In this document: positions 1 through 12,601 of the stretch, piece after piece
Layout: every line of letters begins with the position of its first letter
How positions within the stretch are numbered: position 1 is the stretch's first letter
Source: Octopus vulgaris
Taxonomy: Eukaryota
Length of the DNA stretch: 64,000 nucleotides
Direction of reading: 5' to 3'
NCBI GenBank assembly: GCA_951406725.2
Contig: OX597818.1
Span: forward strand, 64,232,001 to 64,296,000
Notes under the pieces: model-generated
Databases searched by the model: none
The model's input: the letters and a program-made list of their open reading frames with translations, nothing else
What the model was told of the DNA's origin: nothing
Made by a program: the position numbers and the translations under genes

Positions 1-420
1 CTAATTATCTCCGTCATGTATTCAGTCACATCCAGGTATACAATTTTTAGAAATGTCCGTGTAATTTCTACGAACATAATCACAAAATGAAAAACTGTTC
101 GTAGACTTTAGTAATGATCCATTTATAATCTTTTATCAGACTTTAGGTAATTTTATATTATTTTTGCAAGGCATTTTGTGTTTAAAAGAATTTTACAATT
201 TATAAATAGAATGTTGTCAAGGCCAAAGACTCATAATGCCAATCACCTGTCTTTTATGGCTATCATCATAGGAATCTCACTGAAGCGGATGCTGATATTC
301 CGTTGGGCAGAAGACCGGAAATCTCGAGGGAAAGGTGCAAAACAATTATATCAGCGTCTGTTCTTGAATAGTATCTTACGTTATCAGCCTCGAACAGCTA
401 AAAGTCAAAATTGCGTGATA

Positions 421-634
421 TCTATTTCTTTATTACCCACCACAGAGAGGACAAAGAAGGACAGACAAACGGATTAAGTCGATTATATCGACCCCAGTGC
501 GTAACTGGTACTTATTTAATCGACCCCGAAAGGATGAAAGGCAAAGTCGGCCACGGCGGAATTTGAACTCGGTACGTAGCGGCAGACGCTAAGCATTTCG
601 CCCGACGTGCTAACGTTTCTGCCAGCTCGCCGCC
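421..634 (-). mobile_element. tRNA-derived SINE, family A (Meta-domain-like centre)
   Basis: Reverse complement reads GGCGGCGAGCTGGCAGAAACGTTAGCACG...GAGTTCAAATTCC (A/B-box-like), GCCTTTCATCCTTTCGGGGTCGATTAAATAAGTACCAG and a tail ending AAAGAAATAG; many near-identical copies occur in the window. Confidence 0.85.
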
Positions 635-2189
635 AATTGCGTGAGATCGACTGGGAACATAAAGAGCTGAAAGATTTTCTGATTAGTATTTTGTATTGCA
701 TGTGTTAATCATTCTGGCAATTAGATGACTTAATATTATAGTTATAGTAGATATGTGCGATTTCTATTTCATCTTCCATGCTCTGTTAAGTTTGAAGCAA
801 AAAAATTATAGAGATGCAATTACACATTATTCATATCTGGCTATGGTTTAGAAATATTTTGCATACTACTCAATATTCGTCCTTGATGTCGTTATACATT
901 ACCTTGACGAATTGAATACTGCAGCACAAATTCAAAGTTTACTGCTCTACGGAAGATAACATTTCATCGTTTAACAATACATTCTGTTTCAGTATAATAT
1001 TTACGTAACTTACAACTCCATTTCGCAGTGCTGAATGGTTCATCGACAAGTGAAATATGTATTTTGCTCGCCGATCAAAAGGTCAAAAATATATATAATA
1101 CCCGAAAATTCTGACTAGCAGTATATATTATATGTTTAATAAAATATGGTGATACATTAATTTCTATGTCAAATTTAAATTCTGCAACTTATTCTCGTAT
1201 CATCGCCTTTAGCAATATGACGATTATTAATTAACGTTGGAGCACATGCTGGTAGTTGTCATTCGTAAGAGGGATTGGAATATGTGAAGTAATCTTGTTG
1301 AACAGCTGAGATGATCATATATACACCTGCACACTGAACTACACTACCGTACATGTATACACGCATATTTGTTATCAGACATACATGTACGCATAGATGC
1401 ACATATGTAGACACAAACACGTAAACACACACGCCCCCCCACATATATATGCACTTACACACATATATATATATATATATGAATTACAAGGATAAACACA
1501 TTAATACAAGTTTAAGCTAAAGTTCTTACGCGCGTAGATTTAGTACCACAAGTACATATACAAATAATTATGAAGCTAAGTTATCAGCAAACAAAGGCAA
1601 ACGGCTGGACAGGGATAAACCTTTTCTACTGGATCCGTCAGATGAATAGCAACCAAATTTCAACCCTTTGACAACCCTAATGTGTCATGCAACTGCTCTA
1701 TAGGCAGTCATCTGGAAGCTTAAAGAGAAAATTGGAAGAGTCAAGGAAAAGCGACAATTACAACTGTTTCAAATGCTATTCCTGCTGCTACTAAGATGCG
1801 GTAATACAGATATTGCCACGTCACGTGATTTTTGTGAGAGAAACATTTGAAATGTTTATACTTATGTGATTAAAGGATAATTTTTAATTTACTTCAATTC
1901 CTTTTCTTTCTGTTATAGTATAACTGGAATGTGATTTTACGCGACAGAAAACGGAAGAATATTTTGACGAGAACCTATATATTCCTTTCGTCCTTTCTGG
2001 AATCGATAAGCAGTTTTCTTCTTTTTTTGTATATACAATATATATTTATGTATATTAACGACAGAGGCAATATTAATATGGAAGGGATGGACGCTTTATT
2101 AGAAATAATTTTACTGCAGTGTTTCATGAAAGTCTAATGTGTGCTTTATGGTTTGGTTGGAAATTCACTCTTGTTCATATCACTATCAG

Positions 2190-2300
2190 GGTGACAAATG
2201 TCTGCTAGCTTCAGTGCCAATACCACCAGCTCATATGATTTCTGGTTTGTTTGGTCTTATGAATGATGGTCCTCGACCGCTAGTGTCAGCAGAATATCAG
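2190..2300 (+). other. Candidate internal exon (111 nt, phase 0-0), product unrecognised
   Basis: Acceptor cactatcAG, open frame GDKCLLASVPIPPAHMISGLFGLMNDGPRPLVSAEYQ, donor CAG|GTCAGG (alternative CT|GTAAGT at 2311); unique sequence, no family recognised. Confidence 0.25.
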
Positions 2301-2543
2301 GTCAGGTCCTGTAAGTGATAAATACATTGACATTGCTAGGCACAGGCGCTGGTGCAGCGATTAGACAGCTCATTCGTTAGACAATATGTTAGTGACAAAG
2401 GCAGTCTTAATACCTAGTGATAATTTTTATCCTCACTTAAAAATGAATGCTCTGTTGAACAAACCCTATTGCGGTAGATACAGTGAATGAAACCCTTAAT
2501 TTGGCTGCTATGTGCAAAATGCATTCTTATCGATGTCGTTAGC

Positions 2544-2655
<112 letters not shown>

Positions 2656-2659
2656 CACA

Positions 2660-4760
2660 ATCTAACTTTTTTAGATACGTTAGAATGATAATTAATAAAA
2701 AACTTCAAAAATTGTAAATATGCTAAAATACTTAATAATTAAAAAAATAGATTTGGATTTCCAGCTTCTCCAACTTTCTTTAGGATAATCTCTTCCTTTA
2801 ACAATAAGAAACTGGATCTATTGTATAATTAAGAAAACTACGCCAACGGTATCTAGTACATCAAATAATCCTTTAATTAACAAATACAATACTGACAATA
2901 ACCATAACTCCATTATCCATCCCCAAAAGTATAGACATAACAGCATAGTACCACCCACTAATTCAAATTGTAATTGCAGAGAACGAAATGCCTATGAAGT
3001 AGATAGAAATTGTAAAATGAAAGGAGTTGTATACTAAGCAACGATAATTACTCAGGACTCCTCTAGATACATATACGTGGGTTATCATTAAAATCTTCTT
3101 TTAGGCACCCTAGAAAAGAGAATAGTACAAGTCTATGTAAAAGAATTTGGAACCTCAAAAGAAATAATACTGATTTCTCCATCTCTTGGAAAATCCTATC
3201 TTCTGCCCCCTCTTACAGAAATAATAACATTTGTAGGTTGTGTTTGGAGGAAAACTATAACATAAGAACGTATGGAAATTTGTTTAGTACTAGCGATAGA
3301 AAAGTTTAGTCATCTAAACACATGACCAAATTCCTATTAATCAATCTTAAATAATTCTTCACTCTTTTCTTGTCTAGATTAGTCTTTTAAAATAAATCTA
3401 TATATCACCCTTTTTATGGAATATAATCACGTCCCCATTACATCACTACATCTTACCCTATCTTTGTACTTTTTTATTAAACAATTCCTTCTCACAATTG
3501 CATGACCCACCATATATAAGGCTATCACTTTATCTTTATCTCCCAAAACATTTTTTCGGTATATATGGCAGGATAAAGGAAATTATCTTTACTTACTATG
3601 TAATATACCTATAAGTTTTTGTACTTTATATTATTTGGATAACGTGTCACCCCCCACCTCAATATACCCATTCTAAATATTACCTTATAATTACATATAT
3701 TTTACTGCTGATATATGCACACATGTATGCACATATAGTACTTCTTGGCGCCCAAAATGTCTACAACCATGTGTGTATATATAGGTATGGACCTTATAAG
3801 TCATATCTGTGTGTATATCTATTGATTTGTGTTTGTTTACTACATGTTAATAACAACATATATTTTTAATATGGACGTGTGTATTTGCGTATATACGTAT
3901 GTTCCGCATACATAGGCATACTACTTATTATATGTGTGTATTTTTTTCTATGTGTGACTCTTCTATCTTTGTACCGTATATTTATATTTTTGTAGGATGT
4001 TTTTATGTATACCCTAATCATACAACGACTAGAATTCCAATATCTATATATACTAATGTGCAAATATGCCTCTACTCGCGTATGAGTAAATATACAAACA
4101 CATTTCTCCTTATAAGATTATTTTTCTCCAGCATTATGTATAAATATTTGTACACTTATGAGCACCCTTCTAACCGTATCCTTTCTTATATACATAACTG
4201 ACATTACCAACCCATTACTTGAATATCACTAATACCCAACTACCATTGCATATCCCTCTCACATAACCCTAATTTAGGTTGTTTTTTTACCTATCAAAAC
4301 ATTTTTTATTTATACTAAAACACAGCTACTGTATAAATACATAAATAAAATATACATCAATGCATAAATAAATTAAACTTTTATATCTATTGACTAATTT
4401 CATTCCCTGCTCATTTATCTCCGCGACATTGATTTCTATATTTTTCCGTGTTCCTACCTTTATTCCCTATTTCACCTTCACTCCTCTCATCTTTATAGTC
4501 ACATCAACTATATGCTATTTAAACTGTAATAATGACAACTATTTTTTTATGTTTTTACTTAGTTTTTCTGCCTATATTTAATATTACCTATGTATGCATG
4601 TATGTGCAGGTTTATATATGTTTTATATATGTATTCTCATGCATATAGTTACATATATAGACATGCACATTTTTATATTTAAATGATATATTCCTGGAAA
4701 TCTTTACATATTTTTATAGTTGCAGTGATGGATTGTATCCGTAGTCTTCGAATTAGCTTT
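2660..4760 (+). mobile_element. Decayed Penelope-like retroelement, Naiad-type GIY-YIG endonuclease C-terminus (coding remnant about 2660-3354) plus long AT-rich 3' region
   Basis: Manual translation from 2969 gives CNCRERNAYEVDRNCKMKGVVY*ATIITQDSSRYIYVG, then SFRHPRKENSTSLCKRIWNLKRNNTDFSISWKILSSAPSYRNNNICRLCLEE and terminal KHMTKFLLINLK* (3354). Stops and deletions are present; the 3' boundary is a guess. Confidence 0.75.
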
Positions 4761-5288
4761 GTATGTATGAATGTATGTATGTATTCATTCATTAATGAAG
4801 TATGTGGTGACAAACTCTTCAATTTCTATACGGCCTCGTCACGTTATTTCCATAGATAATGATCAGGAGTAGTAAAACACGATTTGAATTCCAAAAAATT
4901 CGACCTCTCAAAAATTTCGCAGAAATATATTTTACATTCATATCTCGTAATTTACCTGCAACGCTACCGTATACTATTGTTTATTTTTCATGGAGGATAT
5001 TAAAACAAAAAAAAATTAAAATATGTAATGACATCAGTAAACGCATTTCAGTAAGTGACTAAATAAACGCGCACAAAAGTACATTCAAGCTGAAGCACTT
5101 TAGTTTCTGGTCTCCAGCAGAAGTAAACGCCCGGTTATTACTCCTAAAGATGCCTTCAACATATAACATATATTATGCTACCACTTATATATATGCGTAA
5201 GCGCATGCGTTTCACCATATTTTTAGGATCGAAATACGCAAAACAATGCACATAAATTTATAATTATAAAAATATATTTGTGCATAGA

Positions 5289-5330
<42 letters not shown>

Positions 5331-5565
5331 TTATATCCATATATCCTTACGCACATTCATATACATACACGACCCCATATACATATATGTATATGTATGT
5401 ATATATATACATACATATAAATATAAACACACATACATATATATATACATACGCATATATACTTTTAGATATATATATATACATATAAATTCATATATAC
5501 ATATATGAGTATATGTCTGTATCGTTTTGAGGAAATAAATGTATGCGTGTGTGTGTGTTTGTGTT

Positions 5566-5620
<55 letters not shown>

Positions 5621-6628
5621 CTGCATCGTAACCAGCTTATTTTCCTCTAGAATTTTATAATTTAATATCACCGCTGCAAATGCAGACCTCAGCATATACA
5701 TTATATATATATGTATTAATGTCGTGGATAGTATAGAAATATTTTACTTTTGGAAAATAAATATATCAGTTGCTGGAAAGGTATAGAAAACAAAAGACAA
5801 AAAAATGGACATATTAACACTGACACGTGTAATGTGAAGCAAAATTATGTTCATGCTACCACCGATAAGAGTTCCATTAGTCGCCAAGAGACGAATTTAC
5901 TCTTTAATTGGTATAAATATAGCAAAGATAAGTAAGAATACCATAACTTTGGCTCACTATTATTGATAACAACTGTCATTAGAGTTACTTATCGGAGAAA
6001 ATCTAATAAAATAATACCACTGAATTTCTGCTTCTCTATTATTCGTCATTGGTAAACTTCCAGCACGCCTTATTAGATATCATACACGCGAAAGGCGTTA
6101 ATGTTTTCGGGAAAACATTTCGTAAAGAAGGGAAGAATTCCGTTCAATGTATAAAAAAGGTTGAACTTTCTCGCATTATTTGTAGAGCAGAGACGTAGAC
6201 TAATATGCAGAATCGTTCAAGCGTAAGTTAAAATCCCTTGCAACATTCCTTTCGCGATGTAGATTGAGATAAATCAATGGAGAGATCAAATTTGCATTAT
6301 TTTTTTTCTCGTTCATTCTTGGTAGATGAAGTCTGTAGCTGATAAACTCGATCAAGCCCCACTGAAATTCTTCGCTCTGTGTCTTCGTGATGGATGTTTA
6401 TTTTCATAACAAGGGAATAAATAAATCTATGAAACAAAAACATGCTTATATATAAAACAATCAGAACTAAGAATCATATTTACAAGAACTGTATATGTGT
6501 GTGTGTGTGCTTGCGTGTATGTGTGTATGTTTATGTATTTATTTAGATGTGTGTGCAAATATATATATATATATATATATTCTTTCAGTGACTTATACTT
6601 AGTAAATATATATTTGAAGTATACATAA

Positions 6629-7490
6629 GGCGGCGAGCTGGCAGAAACTTTAGCACGCTGGGCGAAATGCTTAGCGGTATTTCGTCTGCCGTTAGGTTCT
6701 GAGTTTAAATTCCTCCGTGGTCGACTTTGCCTTCCATTCTTTCGGGGTCGATTAAATAAGTACCATTTACGCACTGGGGGGGAATATAATCGACTTAATC
6801 CGTTTGTCTGTCCTTGTTTGTCCTCTCTGTGCTTAGCCCCTTGTGGGTAGTAAAAAAATAGGTATTCACGTGCTGGTACGTTCTGAGTTCAAATTCCGCC
6901 GAGGTCGACTCTCCTATTCATGCTTCCGAGGTCGATAAATTAAGTAGCAATTGCGTAATGGGGTCGATCTAATCGATAGGTCTCCTCCTAAAATATTTTG
7001 GTCCTTGTAGCTAGAGTAGAAAATAATATTTAAATCGCAGAAATCTGGCAGAAACGTTAGCACTCCGGGCGAAATGATTCGCGGCATTTCGTCTGTCCTT
7101 ACGTTCTGCGATTAAATTCTGAAGAGGTCCACTTTGCCTTTTATAAAGGTCCTCTTTGCCGGGGTCGATAAATTAAGTACCAGTTACGGATTGGGGTCGA
7201 TGTAATCTAGTGGCCCGCTGCCAAAAAATATCTGGCGTTTTGCCTAGAGTACAAAAGAATATTTTAAATATATCAATAATGGCAAGCTGGCTGAACCGTA
7301 AGCGCGTAGGGGAAAATGCTCAGCGGCATTTCATGCATCTTTATGTTGTGTTCAAATTCTGCCGATGCTTCCTTTACTTTTCATTTTTGGGGTCTATAAA
7401 ATAAATACCGGTTGAGCATGGGGATGGAAGAAATCGACTTACTCTCCCACCCCGATATGGCAGGCCTTGTGACATTATGAATTGAACTAA
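6629..7490 (+). mobile_element. Head-to-tail cluster of four family-A SINE copies or fragments
   Basis: Repeated CTGGCAGAAAC.TTAGCAC heads and GGGGTCGAT.AA.TAAGTACC cores at about 6629, 6865, 7040 and 7280; two tail variants. Confidence 0.85.
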
Positions 7491-7889
7491 AATAGGTAAA
7501 CGGTTTAATAGAAATGACATCACATAACGGATAAATCTGGTTTGAGTCACCGAAGTAATGCATTCTGAATCATTATCAGGTAGGATAAATTATTTTAACA
7601 CACCTGAATTCAAAATATCGATGACATTTGTGCGGTGTGAAAATACTTAATAATCAAAGAAACATATTGATGCAACTTTGGTGTAGATAATTTGAAGTTA
7701 TTAGAATTATATAAATATATTTTCTTCATCTATTTGCGGTATTCTTCACTCTATTTCGAGGCATAATATACGACGTATATGTGTAAACCATCGAAAATTG
7801 CGTTGAGAGATCATCATTAATTATTCCTAACGGAAAAGATGTATAGGCGTAGCAATATAACGAATAGCATTACGACGAACCACGTTCTA

Positions 7890-8150
7890 AGGTGATGATC
7901 TGGCAGAATCGATAGCAAAACCAGCAAAGATTTTAGCGGTATTTCAACCGTTCTTACGTTCGGAGTTCAAATTCCACTAAGATCGACACATGTTTTTGTT
8001 TTAAAGCGGCAGGCTTCTAGAATCGTCAGTACGCCCAACAAAATACTTAGCTCGTCCTTACATTCTTAGTTCGAATTCTATTTATTGGTCGATACAATAA
8101 GCAACAGGTAAACATTGAGGTGGATGTAGTCGAATTCACCCCCCACCCAC
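7890..8150 (+). mobile_element. Degenerate family-A SINE fragments
   Basis: CTGGCAGAATCG, GAGTTCAAATTCC and core remnants. Confidence 0.6.
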
Positions 8151-8156
8151 CAGTGT

Positions 8157-8455
8157 AGGCACATGGCCTAGTGGTTAGAGCAGCGGACTCGCGGTCGAGG
8201 AATCGCGGGTTCGAATCTCAGACCGAGTGATGTGTGTTTATGAGCGAAACACCTAAGCTCCTCGCAGCTCCGGCAGAAGGTAATGGCGAACTTCTACTGA
8301 CTCTTTCGCCTCAACTTTCTCTCACTCTTTCCTCCTGCATCTTGCAGCTCAACTGCGATGGACCGGTTTCCCGTCCAGGTGGGGACGCTATACGCCAAAG
8401 AAACCAGGAAACCGGCCTTTATGAGCCGGGCATGGCTCGAGAAGCAACAAACAAA
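8157..8455 (+). mobile_element. tRNA-derived SINE, family C
   Basis: TGGCCTAGTGGTTAGAGCAGCGGACTCGCGGTCGAGG...GGGTTCGAATC head (A and B boxes), body GAGCGAAACACCTAAGCTCC shared with 63745-64000, (CAA)-type tail. Confidence 0.75.
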
Positions 8456-8619
8456 AACGATTCACCCCACCAAACGATTTTTTGGGCTCTTTCAAAATTT
8501 GAAAACATTATGATGACAATCGTATTAAGGAGATACCCTCCGTACATATAAATTTATCAAACATTTTATGCAAGTTAATTTATTAAATAAACAACACCGT
8601 CGTAGAAGACCTATTCTAA

Positions 8620-8855
8620 TATATGTTTCTTTATTGCCCACAAGGGGTTAAACATAGAGGGGACAAACAAGGACAGACAAACGGATTAAGTCGATTACAT
8701 CGACACTACTGCGTAACTGGTACTTAATTTATTGATCCCGAAAGGATGAAAGGCAAAGTCGACCTCGGCGGAATTTGAACTCAGAACGTAACGGCAGACG
8801 AAATACGGCTACGCATTTCGCCCTGCATGCTAACGTTTCTACCAGGTCTCCGCCT
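8620..8855 (-). mobile_element. Family-A SINE
   Basis: Full reverse-complement copy of the 6629 unit. Confidence 0.85.
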
Positions 8856-9477
8856 TCCGATAGCATAAGTACCAGTCTGGAAAATAGTGACTGCTGCGCC
8901 CAATTCGCTCACCAAGAATTTTTCAAAGCAGTGTCTTGACTGAAACAAGTAACATATAGAATATATTAGAATAACGAACATGTTTCTAAGATCTAAAATT
9001 TACAAGTTCAAATGAACTGAAAGATTTATTCCCTTCTCTTATAACATTACTCGGAATATACACGGCAAAGCTTTGCTTTCACAAAAAATCCAAACCCCTG
9101 CCATCATGTTACTATGCAAGAATTTGCTAACCTTATAAATATATCAGCAGAAAAATATTTTGTGAATAGCACGAAAATATGTCATAACACATTTTTTTCG
9201 CTTTATTTCTGAGAATGATCTATCGAAAGCATATCCGTTCATTGCTTTTCTCTTGGATATATTGAGTTTCCAACAGAAAGTGTATTACAACACACTGACC
9301 GAGGCTTTCAACGATGATTCATCACGATATTATCCATACAGCACTAAATATTTTATCTTTTATGTATTGCTTCTATCAGTCTTAAGACTGCAGTCATGCT
9401 GGGGCAGTGCCCTGAAGAATTTTTAGTCGAAAGAATTGAGTCCTGTAATAATATATTTTTTGGAGAAAGAAAATTAT

Positions 9478-10163
9478 TCTTATTTCTTTATTGCCCACAA
9501 TGGGCTAAACATAGTGGGTACAAACAAGGACAGACAAACGGATTAAGTCCATTGCATCGACCTCAGTGCATATCTGGTATTTAATTTATCGATCCCGAAA
9601 GCACGAAAGGCAAAGTCAACCTCGACGGAATTTAATCTCAGAACTTAACGGCAGACGAAATACCGCTAAGTACTTCGCCCGGCATGCTAACGTTTCTGCC
9701 AGCTCGCCGCCTTATATGTATTTACTAAGTAAAGGCAGAGAGAATATCTATTTCTTTACTACCCACAAGGGGCTAAACACAGAGAGGACAAACAAGGACA
9801 GAAAAACGGATTAAGTCGATTATATCAACCCCAGTGCGTAATTGGTACTTATTTAATCGACCCCGAAAGGATGAAAGTCAAAGTCGACCTCGGTGGAATT
9901 TGAACTGAGAACGTAACGGCAGACGAAATACCTATTTCTTTACTACCCACAAGGGGCTAAACACAGAGGGGACAAACAAGAACAGACAAACGGATTAAGT
10001 CGATTACATCGACCCCAGTGTTTAACTGGTACGTAATTTATCGACCCCGAAAGGATGAAAGGCAAAGTCTACCTCGGCGGAATTTGAACTCAGAACGTAA
10101 CGGCAGACGAAATACCACTAGGCACTTCGCCTGGCACGCTAACGTTTCTGCCAGCTCGCCGCC
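9478..10163 (-). mobile_element. Three family-A SINE units, including a dimer at 9748-10163
   Basis: Units at about 9478-9711, 9748-9930 and 9931-10163; the ORFs annotated here are SINE read-throughs. Confidence 0.85.
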
Positions 10164-10164
10164 T

Positions 10165-10420
10165 TATTCTATCGATATATTTGCCGATCCACTAAGTTAA
10201 GCGCACGTAAAAGCACTGAAGTCGGCTGTCAAGCAATAGTGGGGGACAAACAGACACACACAAACACACACACGCCCACACAGAAACAGACATATTTCAT
10301 GCTAGGAAATCCACTCAGAAGGACTTGGTCGGCCCGAAGCCATAGAGAAGACACGTACCGAATGTACCACGGAATGGGATTGAACCAGGAAATAAATTTC
10401 TTACAACATAGTCACACCTG
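10165..10420 (-). mobile_element. Degenerate family-B SINE
   Basis: TTGGTCGGCCCGAAGCCATAGAGAAGACAC and GTCAAGCAAT..TGGGGGACAAACA match the 59575-59999 copy. Confidence 0.7.
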
Positions 10421-11170
10421 AGTTACCACATGTGACATCCACGAACATTCCATTAGTAAAATAAGTAAATTTATTACTTTAGTCTATGAAATTGGTATCA
10501 TTGTATCCTAAATCATTTAAAAGCCTATATCAAATATCCAACATGATATTCCTGCTTCGATTTAGCATTCCTAACAAAAATCTATAAATGACTGGACATT
10601 ATTTTATAGAAGAATCTAGTTACATTTAGTTTTAATCTTAATTCCTTTGACAACCTTATCTCTAATTGAAGCAGGAAGAATTAAGCTTGGACAGCAAACT
10701 TGATTTATGAGATGTTAAATATTCTTAATACTGTTTTTATTTTTTTATCCTTCCGAGGCTGTTGAAAGATCAGAACGAAATCCAATCCATCATATACTTT
10801 TCATTTCCCTGATCATCTTCAGCATGACTGATGCAAGAGTTTATATCAAGCAAATGAATTTCCATTTTCAGAGAGGTATTTATGTAGATCTCGTGGCAGA
10901 TATAATATGAACTTTATGCGCTTATTTTCATCATAACACTGGTGGACTCTCTGAAACATGCGTACATCGTATAGAGTATCAAATACTGTTCAGATTTTCT
11001 ACGTTGCATATCCTGTATGGTTGTTCACAGCGACTTATAAAACGACGCCTCACAGGAGGGTGGAGTGTAGATAATTTGTGCTTTGCCAAAAATATTTCGT
11101 ACGTGCCGTGCACTTATTAGTATTTGTGTACGCGCGTGCATATACAAATATGCACATATACATACACACA

Positions 11171-11207
<37 letters not shown>

Positions 11208-11321
11208 ACACACACACCATATATATATGTATGTATCACTCTCTCTTTCTCTCTATGTATATCTATATATATATGTATGCATGCATGTATATATGTATGC
11301 CTACCTATCTATCTATATATG

Positions 11322-12448
11322 TGTGGCCAAATATCTTGAAATAACGAATGACTGATGCTAAAGCTCGTGGAAAATCACGTGAAACGAAAGAAGCTTCATT
11401 CTATCATAAAGGAAAGTAAAAAAATTGCTATTGATCTCGTGCAGGATACCCAAACTGAACAACCCGAGGGAAGTACGGCAACTATTGTTCCAAAGAAGGT
11501 GAAAATGATGGCAATGAAAAAAGCGCACGAGCAATTGGCTGATAGGTGGGAGGAGAAACCTCTGCACTGAAAATATGTGGCCCGCAGCAAACAAGCTGAT
11601 GTTGACCAGAAGCAAACCCATCAGTGGCTACGGAGCTCAGGGCTAAAAGCTGCTCAAGATCAAAGCCTATTAACCCGGAACTACCAGGCCAAGGTGATGA
11701 AAAATGGAGCAGACCCAAAATGCCGATTCTGCAACGACATGATTGAAACAGTAGACCACCTAATCTCTGGATGTAAAGTCTTAGCACAAGTGGAGTATAA
11801 ATTAAGACATGACAGAATTGGCCAATATCTCCACTGGCTAATAAGTCGGCATTACAATATCAAAACTGCCGACAAGTGGTATAATCACCACCATGAGGCT
11901 GTAACTGAAGGAGAAAATGTAACCATTCTGTGGGACTTTCCAGTACATACAGACCGAACCATCAAGGCCAATAAACCAGATATTGTTGTGAAAGACCAAA
12001 ACAATAAAGTTTGCTTATTGATCGACATGAGCATCCCCTGTGATCATAATATCTCAGCGAAAGAGTTTGACAAGCTCAGAAAATATAAAGACCTACTCAT
12101 TTAAATTGAGAAAATGTGGCATCTCAAGGCGGTTACAATACCAGTGATCGTAGGAGCACTAGGAATGATCAAGAAGGGAACCGAAAATTATATGAGAATG
12201 ATCCCTGTCTTACCATTCCTGCAAGAAGTGCAAAAGATTGACTTAACTGGTACATCACACCTATTGAGAAGAGCATTGTCGATGTGAAAATTATTACTAC
12301 CCATGTATTTTAATTTAACTTTAAAAAAAATGAACGTACTATTGAGTTTAGTTTAATGGCCTACCAATGTATATTATGAGTTTCTTTGCCCTAGGAGTCG
12401 GGAAGACACTCGGCAAGAAATGGAAGCAAATTTGAAAGAAGAAAATAA

Positions 12449-12449
<1 letters not shown>
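11322..12449 (+). mobile_element. 5'-truncated R4/Dong-like non-LTR retrotransposon (CCHC finger plus restriction-like endonuclease), inactivated
   Basis: WEEKPLH*KY, AQDQ..TRNY, CRFC...ETVDHLISGC (CCHC), RHD, ILWDF, KPDIVV...LLIDMSIP, KYKDL, and past a TAA: IEKMWHLKAVTIPVIVGALG...LRRALSM*. Ends directly in (TAA)n, the known Dong-type target. Confidence 0.9.
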
Positions 12450-12506
<57 letters not shown>

Positions 12507-12520
12507 TAATAATATAATAT
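12450..12520. repeat. (TAA)n microsatellite
   Basis: Directly visible at the 3' end of the R4/Dong element. Confidence 0.95.
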
Positions 12521-12557
12521 CATCGAAAATTACCTTAGTAATGAGAACCCAGTTTCG

Positions 12558-12601
12558 ACAACTGATGAAAGCTGGAAGGTATATCAGCCGAAAGGTTGTG
12601 T
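12558..12601 (+). ncRNA. Minimal type-I hammerhead-like motif (degenerate) in a probable PLE terminal fragment (about 12520-12655)
   Basis: acaa-CTGATGA-aaGCTG-loop-CAGCc-GAAA-ggtt-gtgt; intact core boxes, mismatches in stems I and III. Confidence 0.5.

Noticed and set aside
178-477. 99-aa ORF or exon candidate at about 210-335
   Set aside because: No recognisable family, weak donor, and the ORF end runs into a SINE.
4715-4760. Hammerhead-like motif on the minus strand at the end of the Naiad region
   Set aside because: Both core boxes deviate and stem I cannot be formed.
5278-5701. Many YI/HT/CV-repeat ORFs here and near 2500, 11100, 21400, 29400, 30500, 37400, 42100 and 63000
   Set aside because: Translations of (TA)n and (CA)n microsatellites.
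8157-8230. tRNA gene candidate (also at 41053 and 63122)
   Set aside because: A/B boxes are present, but the acceptor stem does not close well and the sequence continues into a SINE body and tail.
9566-10200. Recurring peptide RRNLNSERNGRRNT in several ORFs, resembling a gene family
   Set aside because: Antisense read-through of family-A SINE copies.
10756-10950. Exon-like open frames on both strands
   Set aside because: Weak GAG acceptor on +, short frames, and no phase-consistent partner or motif.
11577-12104. 175-aa ORF as an active or domesticated nuclease
   Set aside because: Bounded by premature stops, carries an internal deletion before AQDQ and lacks RT; a dead truncated copy.
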